Below the pieces are notes generated by a model, which did not search any database, was not told where the DNA came from, and saw only the letters and a list, made by a program, of their open reading frames with translations. Of a stretch of 64,000 bases of DNA, positions 51,622-64,000 are shown one piece after another (the stretch's first letter is position 1; each line of letters starts with the position of its first letter). Origin of the DNA: Eledone cirrhosa (taxonomy: Eukaryota); assembly GCA_964016885.1 (NCBI GenBank), contig OZ024763.1:19964001-20028000 (forward strand). The letters run 5' to 3'. Position numbers and translations under genes: made by a program.

Positions 51622-54600
51622 ATAATGTAGGAGGTGAGTTTTATTGTAGTACAATAAAGCAATGCAGATATCGGATAAGAAGCACTCTACAGTTTGTAGG
51701 ACTGGAGTATACATAATATATATAAGAACAAAAATTATAAATTAACTAAAATTATAAAAAATCTTAAATTCAAGAGATACCCTTACAAAGGACAAGAGCA
51801 CCTTGTAAATCTCAAGAACACAATTTCAAACCTAAATTCCTCAAAAAATGTTTTAGTCCACTCTGACAAAACCAATAACTTATATGGTATTTCCAAGGAT
51901 AATTATAACAACCTTATCCTAAAGGAACTTAGGAAAAAATATCGTAAAATCAACCATGATAATTTAGAATACATAAACTTTGAAGCCTCTGAGATTATGT
52001 CAAAACTTGGCATTGAAAAAAAGACCGAACCATTCCTCCCAAGAACTCCGAGTATAAATCTCAAGGATCACAAAAACAATTTTCGCACTGAACTACCTGT
52101 TAGATTAATCGCCCCCTCTAAATCAGATCTGGGGGTTGTTAGTAAAGCCATCTTGGATAGAATTATCCCACAGGTTCGTTCTAATTGCTCTTCTTTGAAC
52201 CTAAATTTATGGTTTGGTACTTCTGAAGTGATTAGCTGGTTCAACAAATTGAATAATAAAAACAAACTAAAATTTGTTCAATTTGATATTGCCAGCTACT
52301 ATTCCTCCATTTCGCCTTCACTTCTCAATAATGCTCTATCTTTCGCACTTAAATATTCTGACATCACCACAGATGAACTTCACATCATTCTCACCGCACG
52401 TAAAACCATCCTAGAGTTCAACAACGAATATTGGACCAGAGCCGATACCTCTAACAACTTCGACATCACAATGGGAGCATCCGATTCATCCCAATTGACA
52501 GATTTAATTGGTATCTTTATTTTGAACTCTTTGAGTCGGAAAATTCCTCAACTTCGCGGTGGAATTTATCGTGACGATGGACTCTTTACTATCTTAAATT
52601 GCAACATAGTTAACCTTAATATTATTAAGAACAATATACGTAATCTCTTTAACCAACATAACCTAAAAATTGAATTTGATAACAGCATCAAACTAGCTAA
52701 TTTCTTGGATGTATCTCTTAATCTTGACACTGGCCTATTCCCCTTACCCTAAAAACAATGAGAACCTAAATTATGTTAACTTTAAATCTAACCATCCTAC
52801 TAATATTAAGAATGCTATAGTTAGTAATATTGGAAAAAGAATATCTAGCCTATCTTCTAATAAAAATATCTTTGATGCTAACGCCAATTACTATAATAAC
52901 GCGCTTTCTAAAGCCGGCTATCCTGATAAAATCAAATATAGTAAAGAAACAAATTCTAGAAGAACTTACAGTAGAATAATTAATCATGATCATTCCAATA
53001 ACTTTAATAAAAGACCTAGATACAAAAACATAATCTGGTATAATGCTCCTTTCTCCATCTCTATTAATAACAATATTCCTAAATTATTCTTTAGTGCCTT
53101 AAATAAATGCTTCCCTCCCTCACATATCTATAGTAAAATATTTAACAAACACACCATAAAATTTTCCTATTCGACATCAACCAACATTTCCAACATTATC
53201 TCTAAACACAACAATAAAATACTAAATACTAAATCTCTTCCTTCCAACACTGAATATCATAATAATAGTAATAGTACTCCCGACGTCATTGTTAACTCTA
53301 GGCTAATTTCTGCAAACCCAAATACAACGTCAAACACAACTTCGCTAAATGTTCTTAATCCCATTCTAAATCAAGAAACTATTATTCCTATCGCAAATAA
53401 CTTCTCCAATCCAATTCCTTCTATAGATAACACTAGGTCACTCGTTAATAATCTCTCTAATCGCAATTGCAATTGCCCTGTTAAAAATAAATGTCCTCTC
53501 AACAACCATTGTCTTGATAAAAACTTAATCTACGAATGTAAAGTTATAACTGACACCAATTCCTTCACCTATTTTGGCTCCACTTCCACCTCTTTTAAAG
53601 CTCGTCTTTATAACCATCATTCGTCTTTTAAATACAAACTTAAAAGAACCAACACGGCTCTCTCAGAACTCATATGGTTCTTCAAAGACAAAAATATTAA
53701 ATATAGCATCTTTTGGAAGAAGGTTTCTTCTGCGTCTCCATACTTGAACAGTTCTCTATCCAAAATTTGCAATCTCTGTCTAAATGAAAAATTTACCATT
53801 ATCTCTAATTTAGATTCTATAATAAATAGACGCACTGACTTGTTTTCCATCTGCTTGCATAAATTCCACAAAACATTCCACAAAGTATACAGCTAATATC
53901 CAAATCTTTATCAATTTAGAATCTTTTTCTCAAAGGCACATATATATATATATACACTTCTTTAAAAATATACCCATCTTTCTACCTTATTTCAAAGGTT
54001 ATTATACATTCTATAATACTTGTTACTCATTCTATATCGCTCCTATTTATCACTTCCCTTTCTTCTCTTTTTCTTTTAATGTCTAACCCCTAATCTGTAC
54101 CTTTTCTCACTGTTGCCTAACATAGAATCAATTATTACATAATACAATACATTCTTACTCTATATCACCTTGTAAAAATCCTTCGTAAACAAACATTTTT
54201 TTGACGTTAGATTATTCATCCTCAATTCATTATTTTTTTCTCCCTTTCATCTAACTCATTCATGCTCATCTCACAATATATCCTTACTTAAATTACCTGT
54301 TGTTCTTTTTAATAATACATATCAACATTTTCTTTCCATCGCACATATTATTAAACCCTTAAACATCATTCTTAATACATATTAACTTTTTCTTTTCCAT
54401 CGCACATGTTATTAAACCCTTAAATATTATTCTTAATACATATTAACATTTTCTTTTCATCGCACATATTATTAAACCCCTCAATATACAAACCTTAACT
54501 TTACATTATTTTTCTCTTCGTTAATTTTCAAATTCTTTTAATTTATACATTATCTTCCAACGGTTTTCGACCTCTCTATGTAAAACAATATATCTTTCTC

Positions 54601-54946
54601 AGTTATAAAAGCTATCTCTCTCTCTCTATCACCCATCTCTCCTCCTATCTCATCCTTCCTCATTATACTCCTCCTTCTCCACTTTTTACTCTCATCTCCT
54701 CCTCTTTTTCGTCCCCCCCCCCCCCCGCCTCAAAATAAAATATTTTTCCCAATATCACACATCAATCTAAAACTACTTTTCATATGTTGATTTAAAACTG
54801 CACTATCCACAAGTGTTTTTTAACCTTCATATCATGTCTTCCTGTTTTATCTGATGAAAACACAAATATTATTGCATGATGATGTTTGTTTTTGAAATGC
54901 GCATAATAAAATACATGGAACTCTTTTAACCATCTTTTGTTCTTAT
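51622..54946 (+). mobile_element. Penelope-like retroelement (second clade, possibly Nematis-like), 5' truncated with inverted tail
   Basis: HSDKT, LKDHKNNF..RLIAPSKS, QFDIASYYSSI, FDITMG, IYRDDGL, FLDVSLNL, SNHP, IIWYNAPFS, CNC..CPL..CL, IYEC..YFGST..FKARLYNH. One frameshift near 52740. HHR in the 3' pLTR. Inserted in (TA)n. Confidence 0.93.
54845..54911 (+). ncRNA. Type I hammerhead ribozyme in PLE pLTR
   Basis: Identical to 17362-17428. Confidence 0.8.
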
Positions 54947-55259
54947 ATATATGTATATATATATATGTATATGTATATATGTATATATATATGTATATAT
55001 ATATATATATGTATATATATCTATATGTATATATTTATATATATATATGTATATATATATGTATATATATGTATATATATATATATGTATATATATATGT
55101 ATATATATATATATGTATATATGTATATATATATATATATGTATATATGTATATATATATATATATATGTAGATATATATGTATATATATATGTATATAT
55201 ATATATGTATATATATATGTATATGTATAAATGTATATATATATATATATGTATAAATG

Positions 55260-55290
<31 letters not shown>

Positions 55291-55359
55291 GTATATATAT
55301 ATATATATAAATATGTATATATATATGTATATATATATATGTATATATATATATATGTG

Positions 55360-55392
<33 letters not shown>

Positions 55393-55443
55393 TTGTATAT
55401 ATATATATTTGTATATATATATATTTGTATATATATATATATG

Positions 55444-55515
<72 letters not shown>

Positions 55516-55533
55516 TATATGTATATGTATATA

Positions 55534-55574
<41 letters not shown>

Positions 55575-55599
55575 ATATATATATATGTATATATATATG

Positions 55600-55630
<31 letters not shown>

Positions 55631-55791
55631 GCATATATATATATATATATGTATATATACATGGAAAGTTATATTTAAATTATTGGGTTACAACTAGTAA
55701 ATATTTATAACTGATATAAAAGCACTCAACAAGTATTTGGAGTATATTTACGATATTAAATAAATGGAAACTATATTTATAAAACCATATT

Positions 55792-55857
55792 TATTTCGTT
55801 ATATATATTTCAGGGATATCATATTAACAATATGTTATGCCTTCTTCAGACAAAATA
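55792..55857 (-). ncRNA. Type I hammerhead ribozyme (relative of 28480-28544)
   Basis: TATTTTGT-CTGAAGA-AGGcATAACATATT..AATATGATATCCCT-GAAA-TATATA-TA-ACGAAATA. Confidence 0.7.
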
Positions 55858-55951
55858 CAATATAGACAGTTTTATAGATAAATAGATTTGACATACCGTT
55901 CAACATCGACTTGTATTTGAAAAAGTTGATTTGGCACTGCCAAATCAACTT

Positions 55952-56188
55952 TTCATGGACATGTGATACGCATGGAGGATGACCGATGGGTGAAGAAGTG
56001 CCAGGAATTGCCAGTTGAAGGAAGACGTGGTAGAGGTAGACCACGAAAAACATGGGCGGAGGTGGTGAGAACAGACCTCAGATCATTGAAGCTCACGGTG
56101 GAGATGACGAGGGACCGTGACGAGTGGAGAGATGCTGTGCTGAATAAGACCCGCCCCACCCTTGCAAGCAGGGAAAAGCGGACGTAAA

Positions 56189-56218
<30 letters not shown>
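55952..56218 (+). mobile_element. RTE 3' end
   Basis: GHVIRMEDDRWVKKC..GRGRPRKTW. Tail cccacccttgcaagcagggaaaagcggacgtaaaa(TGA)n. Confidence 0.88.
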
Positions 56219-56219
<1 letters not shown>

Positions 56220-56368
56220 CAAGTAAAAATTAACGAGAATTGAATTTCAGCTCAGGAATTCACGAGAATCACTTCCGAGTTGTGTGGCAAGCGTTCGATA
56301 ATTCATATGAATTAGAGCTTACAACTTACGTTAAAGGCCAAACACACTGAGATGGTGGTTAAACTATG

Positions 56369-56429
<61 letters not shown>

Positions 56430-56440
56430 CTATATATATG

Positions 56441-56493
<53 letters not shown>

Positions 56494-56506
56494 GTATATA
56501 TATATG

Positions 56507-56671
<165 letters not shown>

Positions 56672-56672
56672 G

Positions 56673-56717
<45 letters not shown>

Positions 56718-56728
56718 GTATATATATA

Positions 56729-58347
56729 CAGTGGCCCGCAAAAGTTTACAACACATTAGGAAAAATGCGGTTTCAGGTATTTATAATAAAGTTAGGGTAA
56801 TGAAAATTTAACTACTGTTAGAACATATAATGAGGCATTTAATGATACAATCATATTCTTAAAAAAGATAACAAGGAAATAACTCATGAAGAAAAATCAA
56901 TATTTTTATAACGCAAAAGTTTACAACACATTTATTAAATCATCTCTTAATATTTCGTAGCGTAACCTTTGTTGCTAATTACAGCCTGTGGGCGTTTGGA
57001 GTAGCCTCCTACAAACTTCTTGCATGTTTCTTGGCTAATATTTTTCTATTCTTCACAACAAATTTTCTTTAGTTCAGGGATATTTTGGGGTTTCCTTTTT
57101 TGATTTCTGAGTTTCAGTTCTCTCCACAAATTTTAGATCGGGTTCAGATCTGGACACTGACTTGTCCATTTTAGAACATTTATTCCATTCGTACTTAACC
57201 AAGATTGTGTTAGCTTTGCAGTATGCTCTGGATCATTATCTTGTTGAAAAAACCAACCTGGCTTTAAGCTGAGAGAATGTGCACTTTGATGTAAATTCCT
57301 TTGCAAAATACCTCTATAATAAGCGCCATCCATTCTTCCTTCTATTATTTTAATATTTCCTACTCCTGTGGCACTAAAGCAACCCAAGACAATGATTGAT
57401 CCACCTCCAAATATTACAGTTGGAATAGTATTCTTTGGCGAATATACAGTACCTTTCTTTCTCCAGACTTTTGCCACAGCATTTCGACCAAAAAGTTCAA
57501 TTTTTGTTTCGTCCGACCAAAATACATCTTCCCACAATGACGCAGGTTTGATGAGATGCTCATTTACAAAGTTTAATCAACGAACAACTTGTTTCCTCGT
57601 AAGAAGTGGTGTTTTCCTTGGAGATCTCGAGAAGATATCATATCGACGAAGTGAACGACTAATTGTATCTGTGCTCACTTTTACTCCACTTCCTTCTAGG
57701 TCATCCTGAAGATTTTTAAGAATACACCGGGGTTCGTTGCCAACCTTTCTCATCAATAACCGAGCTGCACATTCCGTTATCTTTCTAGGACGACCAGAAC
57801 TAATTAGAGGACAGATGGAATGATGAGATTTCCAGTGACGAATTATAGTACCTACTGAACTCAAAGGCACATTTAACTGACAAGATATTTTTCTATAACC
57901 AACACCATTTGTATGAAGGTCTACAATGTGTTTACGGACGTCTTGATCAATCAGTTTATTTTTCCCCATATTGTCCATGTTTACAGGACGGTTGTCAATG
58001 TTTACAGGAGGGTTGTCAGACAAATAATGACGTAATGTTTTTAATAGTCCTTAGAAGTTACCTTAAACCTAATCTAGAACATTCTACTGAAATTTAAATC
58101 TGAAATTTTAAGAATTTTCTTGAAAAAAAAGCGATAAATATAGAATGTGTTGTAAACTTTTGCGTTATAAAAATATTGATTTTTCTTCATGAGTTATTTC
58201 CTTGTTATCTTTTTTAAGAATATGATTGTATCATTAAATGCCTCATTATATGTTCTATCAGTAGTTAAATTTTCATTACCCAAACTTTATTAAAAATACC
58301 TAAAACCGCATTTTTCCTAATGTGTTGTAAACTTTTGCGGGGCACTG
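56729..58347 (-). mobile_element. Tc1-family DNA transposon with ~204-bp IR/DR-type TIRs, degenerate transposase
   Basis: TA|CAGTGGCCCGCAAAAGTTTACAACACATT ... AATGTGTTGTAAACTTTTGCGGGGCACTG|TA. Inner repeat cgcaaaagtttacaacacatt. GRPRK, WSDETK, FQQDNDP, PDLNPI motifs with frameshifts and stops. Confidence 0.95.
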
Positions 58348-58408
58348 TATATATATATATATAGTGACGAAACATAAGTCAATTGCATGAACTCATAATC
58401 CTTTATTT

Positions 58409-58464
58409 ACTGCTATATATATTTCGATGATAGCCATTGAATGGCTATGACCTCATCAGGCAGT
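58409..58464 (-). ncRNA. Type I hammerhead ribozyme
   Basis: ACTGC-CTGATGA-GGTcATAGCCATtcaATGGCTATcATC-GAAA-TATATA-TA-GCAGT, next to (TA)n. Confidence 0.85.
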
Positions 58465-59105
58465 TAGTCAGTTCTTAGATATGCCAGCTCTGTGTGTATA
58501 GTGTTGATGGTATCAGAGCCTTGGGACATATGAGCTTGTTAGGAATATTTTGATGTCAGCAGGAATAGTCTTGATTCTCATTGGTCAGTTTGTAGATGGT
58601 AGTAGGTTGGTATTTGACCTCAAAGAGGCAGGTGGTTCTGTGAGGTTCAAACCGTCAGGCAAGATGACAATAGTTCCACATGACTGATTTTCACAAAAGG
58701 CATTCTTGGTCAGATATATTTTCAAATAAGGATAATAGTATGAAATAGATACTACAGGTCATTCTTAAATTGAGGGTTTATGTGGAGTGGTGCTACTGAA
58801 AATTATGGTTGGAGTAGAAAGTTTACAAATAAAAGGCTTATGTAGGTTGGCTTGCACTACACTCACACACACCTCCACAGACACACACACACTTCCACAC
58901 ATACAAAATGTGGGGTGGTAACACTTAAAATAATGGTTAGAGTCCAATACTTAGATAGTTTAGAAAATTTAGAAATAAAGGGTTTATGCTGGTTCCCTTG
59001 TACATACACTCACACCTACCCCCTCAAACATTCACACATCTACACACACAAATCCATACAGGTGTGTATATATACATATGCATGCATGTATGTACGCACA
59101 AGTAT

Positions 59106-59164
<59 letters not shown>

Positions 59165-59168
<4 letters not shown>

Positions 59169-59492
59169 TTTTGCGAGGTTTTTTAAAAAAAAAAAAAATG
59201 GCGTAGACATACAACACAACAGGAGGAACAATGAATATAACACCACTGACGATGTTGCAGATGTGCAACGAAAGATTTATGTAAACTATATATATATGTG
59301 TTTGTCTATATTGTATCTGTATTATTTTTGACCGCCGGTCAGTCAATGGCAACATTGAGGACCGAGTAAGTTAGATCGCAGATATATATATATAAAAGAC
59401 AGCGAGAAGCGAAAACCAACCAAACAGTGAGTGTGTTCTGTTATTAATTCTGGCAATATTACGCAAATATGACCCTCCCCAAATATAACAAT
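59165..59492 (+). mobile_element. ATGGCGTAGAC-family element, near-identical to 49564-49858
   Basis: Short inverted tail tagttttgcgaggttttt, then an A-tract, then the same ~295-bp body. Confidence 0.82.
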
Positions 59493-59809
59493 ATATATAT
59501 ATATATATATATAAAATATATATATATACACAGAACATATATATATATATATAAAAATACACACACACATACACACATATATATATAAAATATATACATA
59601 CAGATACGCACACACATATAAAAAAAAATACGCATACATACACATATAAAATACAGATATATATACACATGATACATATATACATATATATATATAAAAT
59701 CAGGTTCAATAAAACATAGTTTAGATGACTCCTAACCAGTAGAGAATCCAGTGGACCATCCACCATAGGGACCACAAACTATGGGTGGTTGTTGTTGTCC
59801 ATTGGTCAT

Positions 59810-59833
59810 TGGTACGGGGTGTAGGGGACCTAC

Positions 59834-59864
<31 letters not shown>

Positions 59865-59915
59865 TATATATATATGTATATATATATATATGTAGGTCCC
59901 CTACACCCCGTACCA
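59810..59915. repeat. Perfect 25-bp inverted repeat around (TA)n
   Basis: tggtacggggtgtaggggacctaca ... tgtaggtcccctacaccccgtacca. Confidence 0.9.
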
Positions 59916-59955
<40 letters not shown>

Positions 59956-59977
59956 TATCTTTTGTTTTATTTTCTAG

Positions 59978-61499
59978 CCAAAATATTGGATTATGTGCGC
60001 AAGTCCTGCGTTTGTCCCGTTCCTTGCAAATCTTTACTGTTTGAGCCAACAGTTTCATATGCCAGCACCTCAACGTACGCCATTGAGACTCTGTTGTCTC
60101 GTATCCTGAGCAGTGGGATCAAGAAGAAGTTTATTCACGCCAAAGAAGTGACCAGTCGTATGCAACTTAAAGTCTTCAACAAAACCAGAGATCTGTTGAA
60201 CAACCTAAAAAACAGCTTTCGCCCGATCAAGAACTTATTCGACGTTGATCTTTCGAATAGAATAGTGGGCCAAATAGATATAATTCATCAGTTGCATAAC
60301 GAAACGAAGACCCATTGGGAAGTGAAACAAAACCTGAATAAATACCAGATATACGTGACTGATAAAAATTTCATCCGTGGTAGAGAAGCTATGGAAGAGA
60401 GGACGCTGAAGTATTTGGGTTTTGATCATATAAGTTTCACTTTCCGAATCGTGGATCAGATTCGAAGCCTTGTTAAACCGGAGATCATTGAGAAAAATCT
60501 GACAGATATTATTTACTTCCTGATCAACAGGGATTGCCAGGAGCATATAGAGAGAAGCGAGAAAGCCCTTAGCAATTACACTCAGTTATTTGAATCCTTT
60601 GTGAATGGAACACCAATTTTTAGATACAGATATATGAAAATTCCCCGTGAACATAACAACCACATTGTACCACGACTGCTCTTCAACAGGTCACTTACTT
60701 ATTCCAGTTATTCAAAAAAATATAGCAGCAAGGTTCCAGTTCATATCAATCAGATTATGTCATTTCTCACTGCATTCATGGAATTGGCAAATTACACCTA
60801 CACCACAGGTAAACTGAATTCAAGTAGATTAGATGAAGTGTCTTTCTTATATAACAAGGCCTGTAAGAACTACAATTTTGCCAAAAGTGCATTCTATTAT
60901 TACTGTGTTGATTGGGCTCTAGAGGAGGTGAAGAAAAAAGAAATTCACTTCCAACAGCTATGGAATAATTATGAAAATGTAGTGAGTGATATAAAGTTAA
61001 ACCTATACAATGTTTATACCTTACTCACTACTCTTCAAAGTAATATAATCACAGATCTGGATGATGGCATTAGGTTAGCTGACAATTATCTCAATAATTT
61101 AATTACAAAGGAACATTTAGCCAGCAAGCTGAATTCACAGAGAACTCATGAAGGTGTGAACAACTTACAGTCCTTCTTTAGTGAAGTACGGTCTCGCGGA
61201 ACTCTACTTTATGACAACTGGAAGAAACTCGCGCAAGCTTCTACTGCTATTTGGAAGTCTATCTTTGACGACAAAGACTGTTTTGCATATTATGAATTCA
61301 CTAACTTGACAGAGTTCTTGCAAGATCCTGATGAAAAAATATTGGACATAGACAGAACCCACGAGGAAATTAGAATGGGGTATGATTTTCGTAATCTCAT
61401 TGGAAACAAGGATCGGATTTTATTTTATGACTTGAAAACCATTCTTCAAGAGATGCAAAACTACCAGAAATCTTTGAAAATAAACAATAATTTTATGAG
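59978..61499 (+). CDS. DEG/ENaC channel exon F (end of thumb, beta10, plus ~460-aa insertion)
   Basis: Acceptor ttttattttctag and donor gtaagt at 61500. 1522-bp stop-free frame starting AKILDYVRKSCVCPVPCKSLLFEPTVSYAS (CxCPxPC...S motif) and ending NNNFM(R), just before the expected beta11/TM2 exon. Confidence 0.92.
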
Positions 61500-61589
61500 G
61501 TAAGTCACCTTTGATTTGTAGCTCCTTAACAAGCAATTATTCTAATAATGTTTATATATATTGATTATAATGTATATTTATAATGTATA

Positions 61590-62185
61590 AACGAACTGAG
61601 AGAGAGACTGAGCATAAAAGGAATAAAATGCTGTGTGCAGGAGGGGAGGATGTGTTGGTATGAACATGTGATGCGTATGAAGGATGACAGCTGCAAAAAA
61701 AGGTGCAGAGCACTAGAAATTGATGGAAGCCATGGAGTGGGGAGACCCAAGAAGACCTGGGATGAGGTGATAAAAGCGGACCTTACCCAATTGCACCTCT
61801 CAAGGGTGATAACACACAACCGTGACCTCTGGCGTCATGCAGTAATTACAGAAGATCTGACTTCCCACGGGAACAAGCCGAAGCTGAAGCATATAGACAA
61901 TATGGCCCCATCCCCTCCCTTTGCAAAGTGGTCATGGAGGTGTCACAACAAAAAAGCACCCAGTCCACACTGTAAAGTGGTCGTGTAGGCGCCACAGTAA
62001 AAAAGCACCCAGCACTCACTGTAAATGAGGTTGGTGTTAGGAAGGGCATCCAGCTGTAGAAATCAAGCCAAAACCAGTTCCCATATGAGCAAGACAAGGT
62101 CAGCCGACCTAACATTGCCCACAACAGGACAACCTGTCTAACCCATGCTAGCGTGGAAGAATGGACGTAAAACAGTGATGATGAT
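61590..62185 (+). mobile_element. RTE 3' fragment
   Basis: WYEHVMRMKDDSC..GRPKKTW followed by the RTE 3' UTR and (GAT)n. Confidence 0.82.
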
Positions 62186-62369
62186 GATATATTGTATATA
62201 TTGTATAAATATTGTGCATATATTGTATATATATGTTATGTCGATATGTTATATAGTGTATATATATTGTATATATATAATGTATATATAGTAGGATAGC
62301 AGGAAAACTACGTATGCAGTAGATGTTCAGGGAAATTTGACAGTAGAAGTCGCAATGATAGACACATTT

Positions 62370-62950
62370 TTCAAATGCAGGTAGGATCTATAGAGGTGGT
62401 TGATAGCTTCCGATACCTGGGTGATCAGATTAGCAAGGGAGGAGGGTCCTCCGAGGCCATAATATCTAGGATAAGGATGGGTTGGAAGAAGTTTAGGGAG
62501 CTGCTTCCTCTGTTGACAAAGAAGGGTTTCTCCCTACGAATGAAAGCCTGGTTATATGATGCCTATGTGAGATGTGCGATGCTGCATGGTAATGAGACAT
62601 GGGCAGCAACTGTGGAGAATATGTGACAGATGGAGAGAAATGAAGCAAGCATGCTCCATTGGATGTGCAATGTCAATGTTCGTGAACGACCAAGCATATA
62701 CGAGTTGAGAGAGAAACTGTGTATAAGAGAGATAAGCTGTAGTGTGCAGGAGGGAAGACTGTGATGGTATGGACATGTGATGTGCATGGAGGATAACCGC
62801 TGAGTAAAGAAGTGCCAAGAAATGACCTAAGATCGCTGAAGCTCACGGAGGAGATGATGAAGGACCGTGACAAATGGAGAGATGCTGTGCTGAATAGGAC
62901 CAGTCCCACCCTTGCAAGCAGGGAAAAGCGGACGTAAAATGATGATGATG
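62370..62950 (+). mobile_element. RTE 3' fragment
   Basis: IEVVDSFRYLGDQIS..GWKKFRELLPLL..HGNETW, with a SINE-B-like tail. Confidence 0.85.
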
Positions 62951-64000
62951 TATGTTATATATTGTGTATATATTGTATATATATATATGTTATCATCATA
63001 TCATCATATGTATGTTATATATTGTATATATATTGTGTATATATGTTATATATTGTATATATTGTGTAAATATTTTATATATATTGTGCATATATTGTAT
63101 CTAGATGTTAAATATTGTATATATATATATATTGTGTATATATTGTATATATATATATTTTATCATCATATCATCATATGTATGTTATATATTGTATATA
63201 TTGTGTAAATATTTTATATATATTGTGCATATATTGTATATAGATGTTAAATATTGTATATATATATATATATATATATATTGTGTATATATGTTATTTA
63301 TATGTTAAATATTGTATATATATTCTACATATAACTTTAATAGGTTTTAGCCAGTATTGGCCCAGCCATGTCTAACTTAGTAGCTTCACTTAACGAAGCC
63401 TTTTAAATCAGGATTTGGGCACCATGGTCCACACAAATAGAGAGCTATTGGTTACAGAGACGTATCCGAGTGGAAGAGATTTGTCCGGGATTTCTTACAG
63501 AAATTTGTCCAAAAATTTTTTTTATTTAATGGGATCTGTTTCTGTTTTTTATGTGATTTGGTGTAATGGCCCAGTGGTAAGGGTTTGGTCTTACAATCAT
63601 AATGTCATGGGTTTGATTCCTGGACTGGGTTGTGTGTTGTGTTCTTGAGCAAAACACTTCATTTCATTTTGCTCCAGTATACTCAGCTGTAAATGAGTAT
63701 CAGTAATAGCTGGTGGTTTAACTCTGTGATGGACTGATGTCCTGTCCAAGGAGGTAGGGGGGGGGGGGCAGTTTTGTACTCTCAGTTGCCTCACACCATG
63801 AAACCAGTATAAGCACCGGCCAAATGAGCCTTCTGGCATGAGAAAGACTTTAAATACAGGTATATGTCCACCCATATCCCATCCATATCCGGTTGTTCCG
63901 GACTCTGAGGTAGGCAACACCAGGCAATGTCTGACAGCCGCTCTCCATGAATTTCTGTCCATAGTATCGACATTGGCCAAGTTCCATTTATACAAGTCAC

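Overview
AT-rich, repeat-saturated animal DNA. The (TA)n density and the RTE/SINE/Penelope mix suggest an octopod cephalopod, but this is an inference. The only host gene is a + strand DEG/ENaC (ASIC-like) channel with six in-frame GT-AG exons (32358-32522, 36065-36189, 43301-43482, 45319-45472, 48977-49033, 59978-61499). Its TM1 and TM2 exons were not found in the window. The last exon carries a ~460-aa helical, glycosylation-rich insertion at the knuckle position. The introns hold RTE, R4/Dong-like, Tx1/L1 and CR1 LINE pieces, tRNA-derived SINEs, Tc1/maT/mariner, hAT, piggyBac-like and Helitron elements, minisatellites, and many Penelope-like elements (PLEs) inserted in (TA)n with inverted 5' arms. 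By-eye folding finds about 20 hammerhead ribozyme (HHR) motifs from more than 10 sequence families. The most unusual signal is a pair of diverged 101-nt RNAs (38990-39090 minus, 39771-39871 plus). Both have a complete hammerhead core whose strands are in non-circularly permuted order, supported by compensatory changes in several helices. Repeat boundaries are approximate and all RNA structures were derived by hand, not computed.
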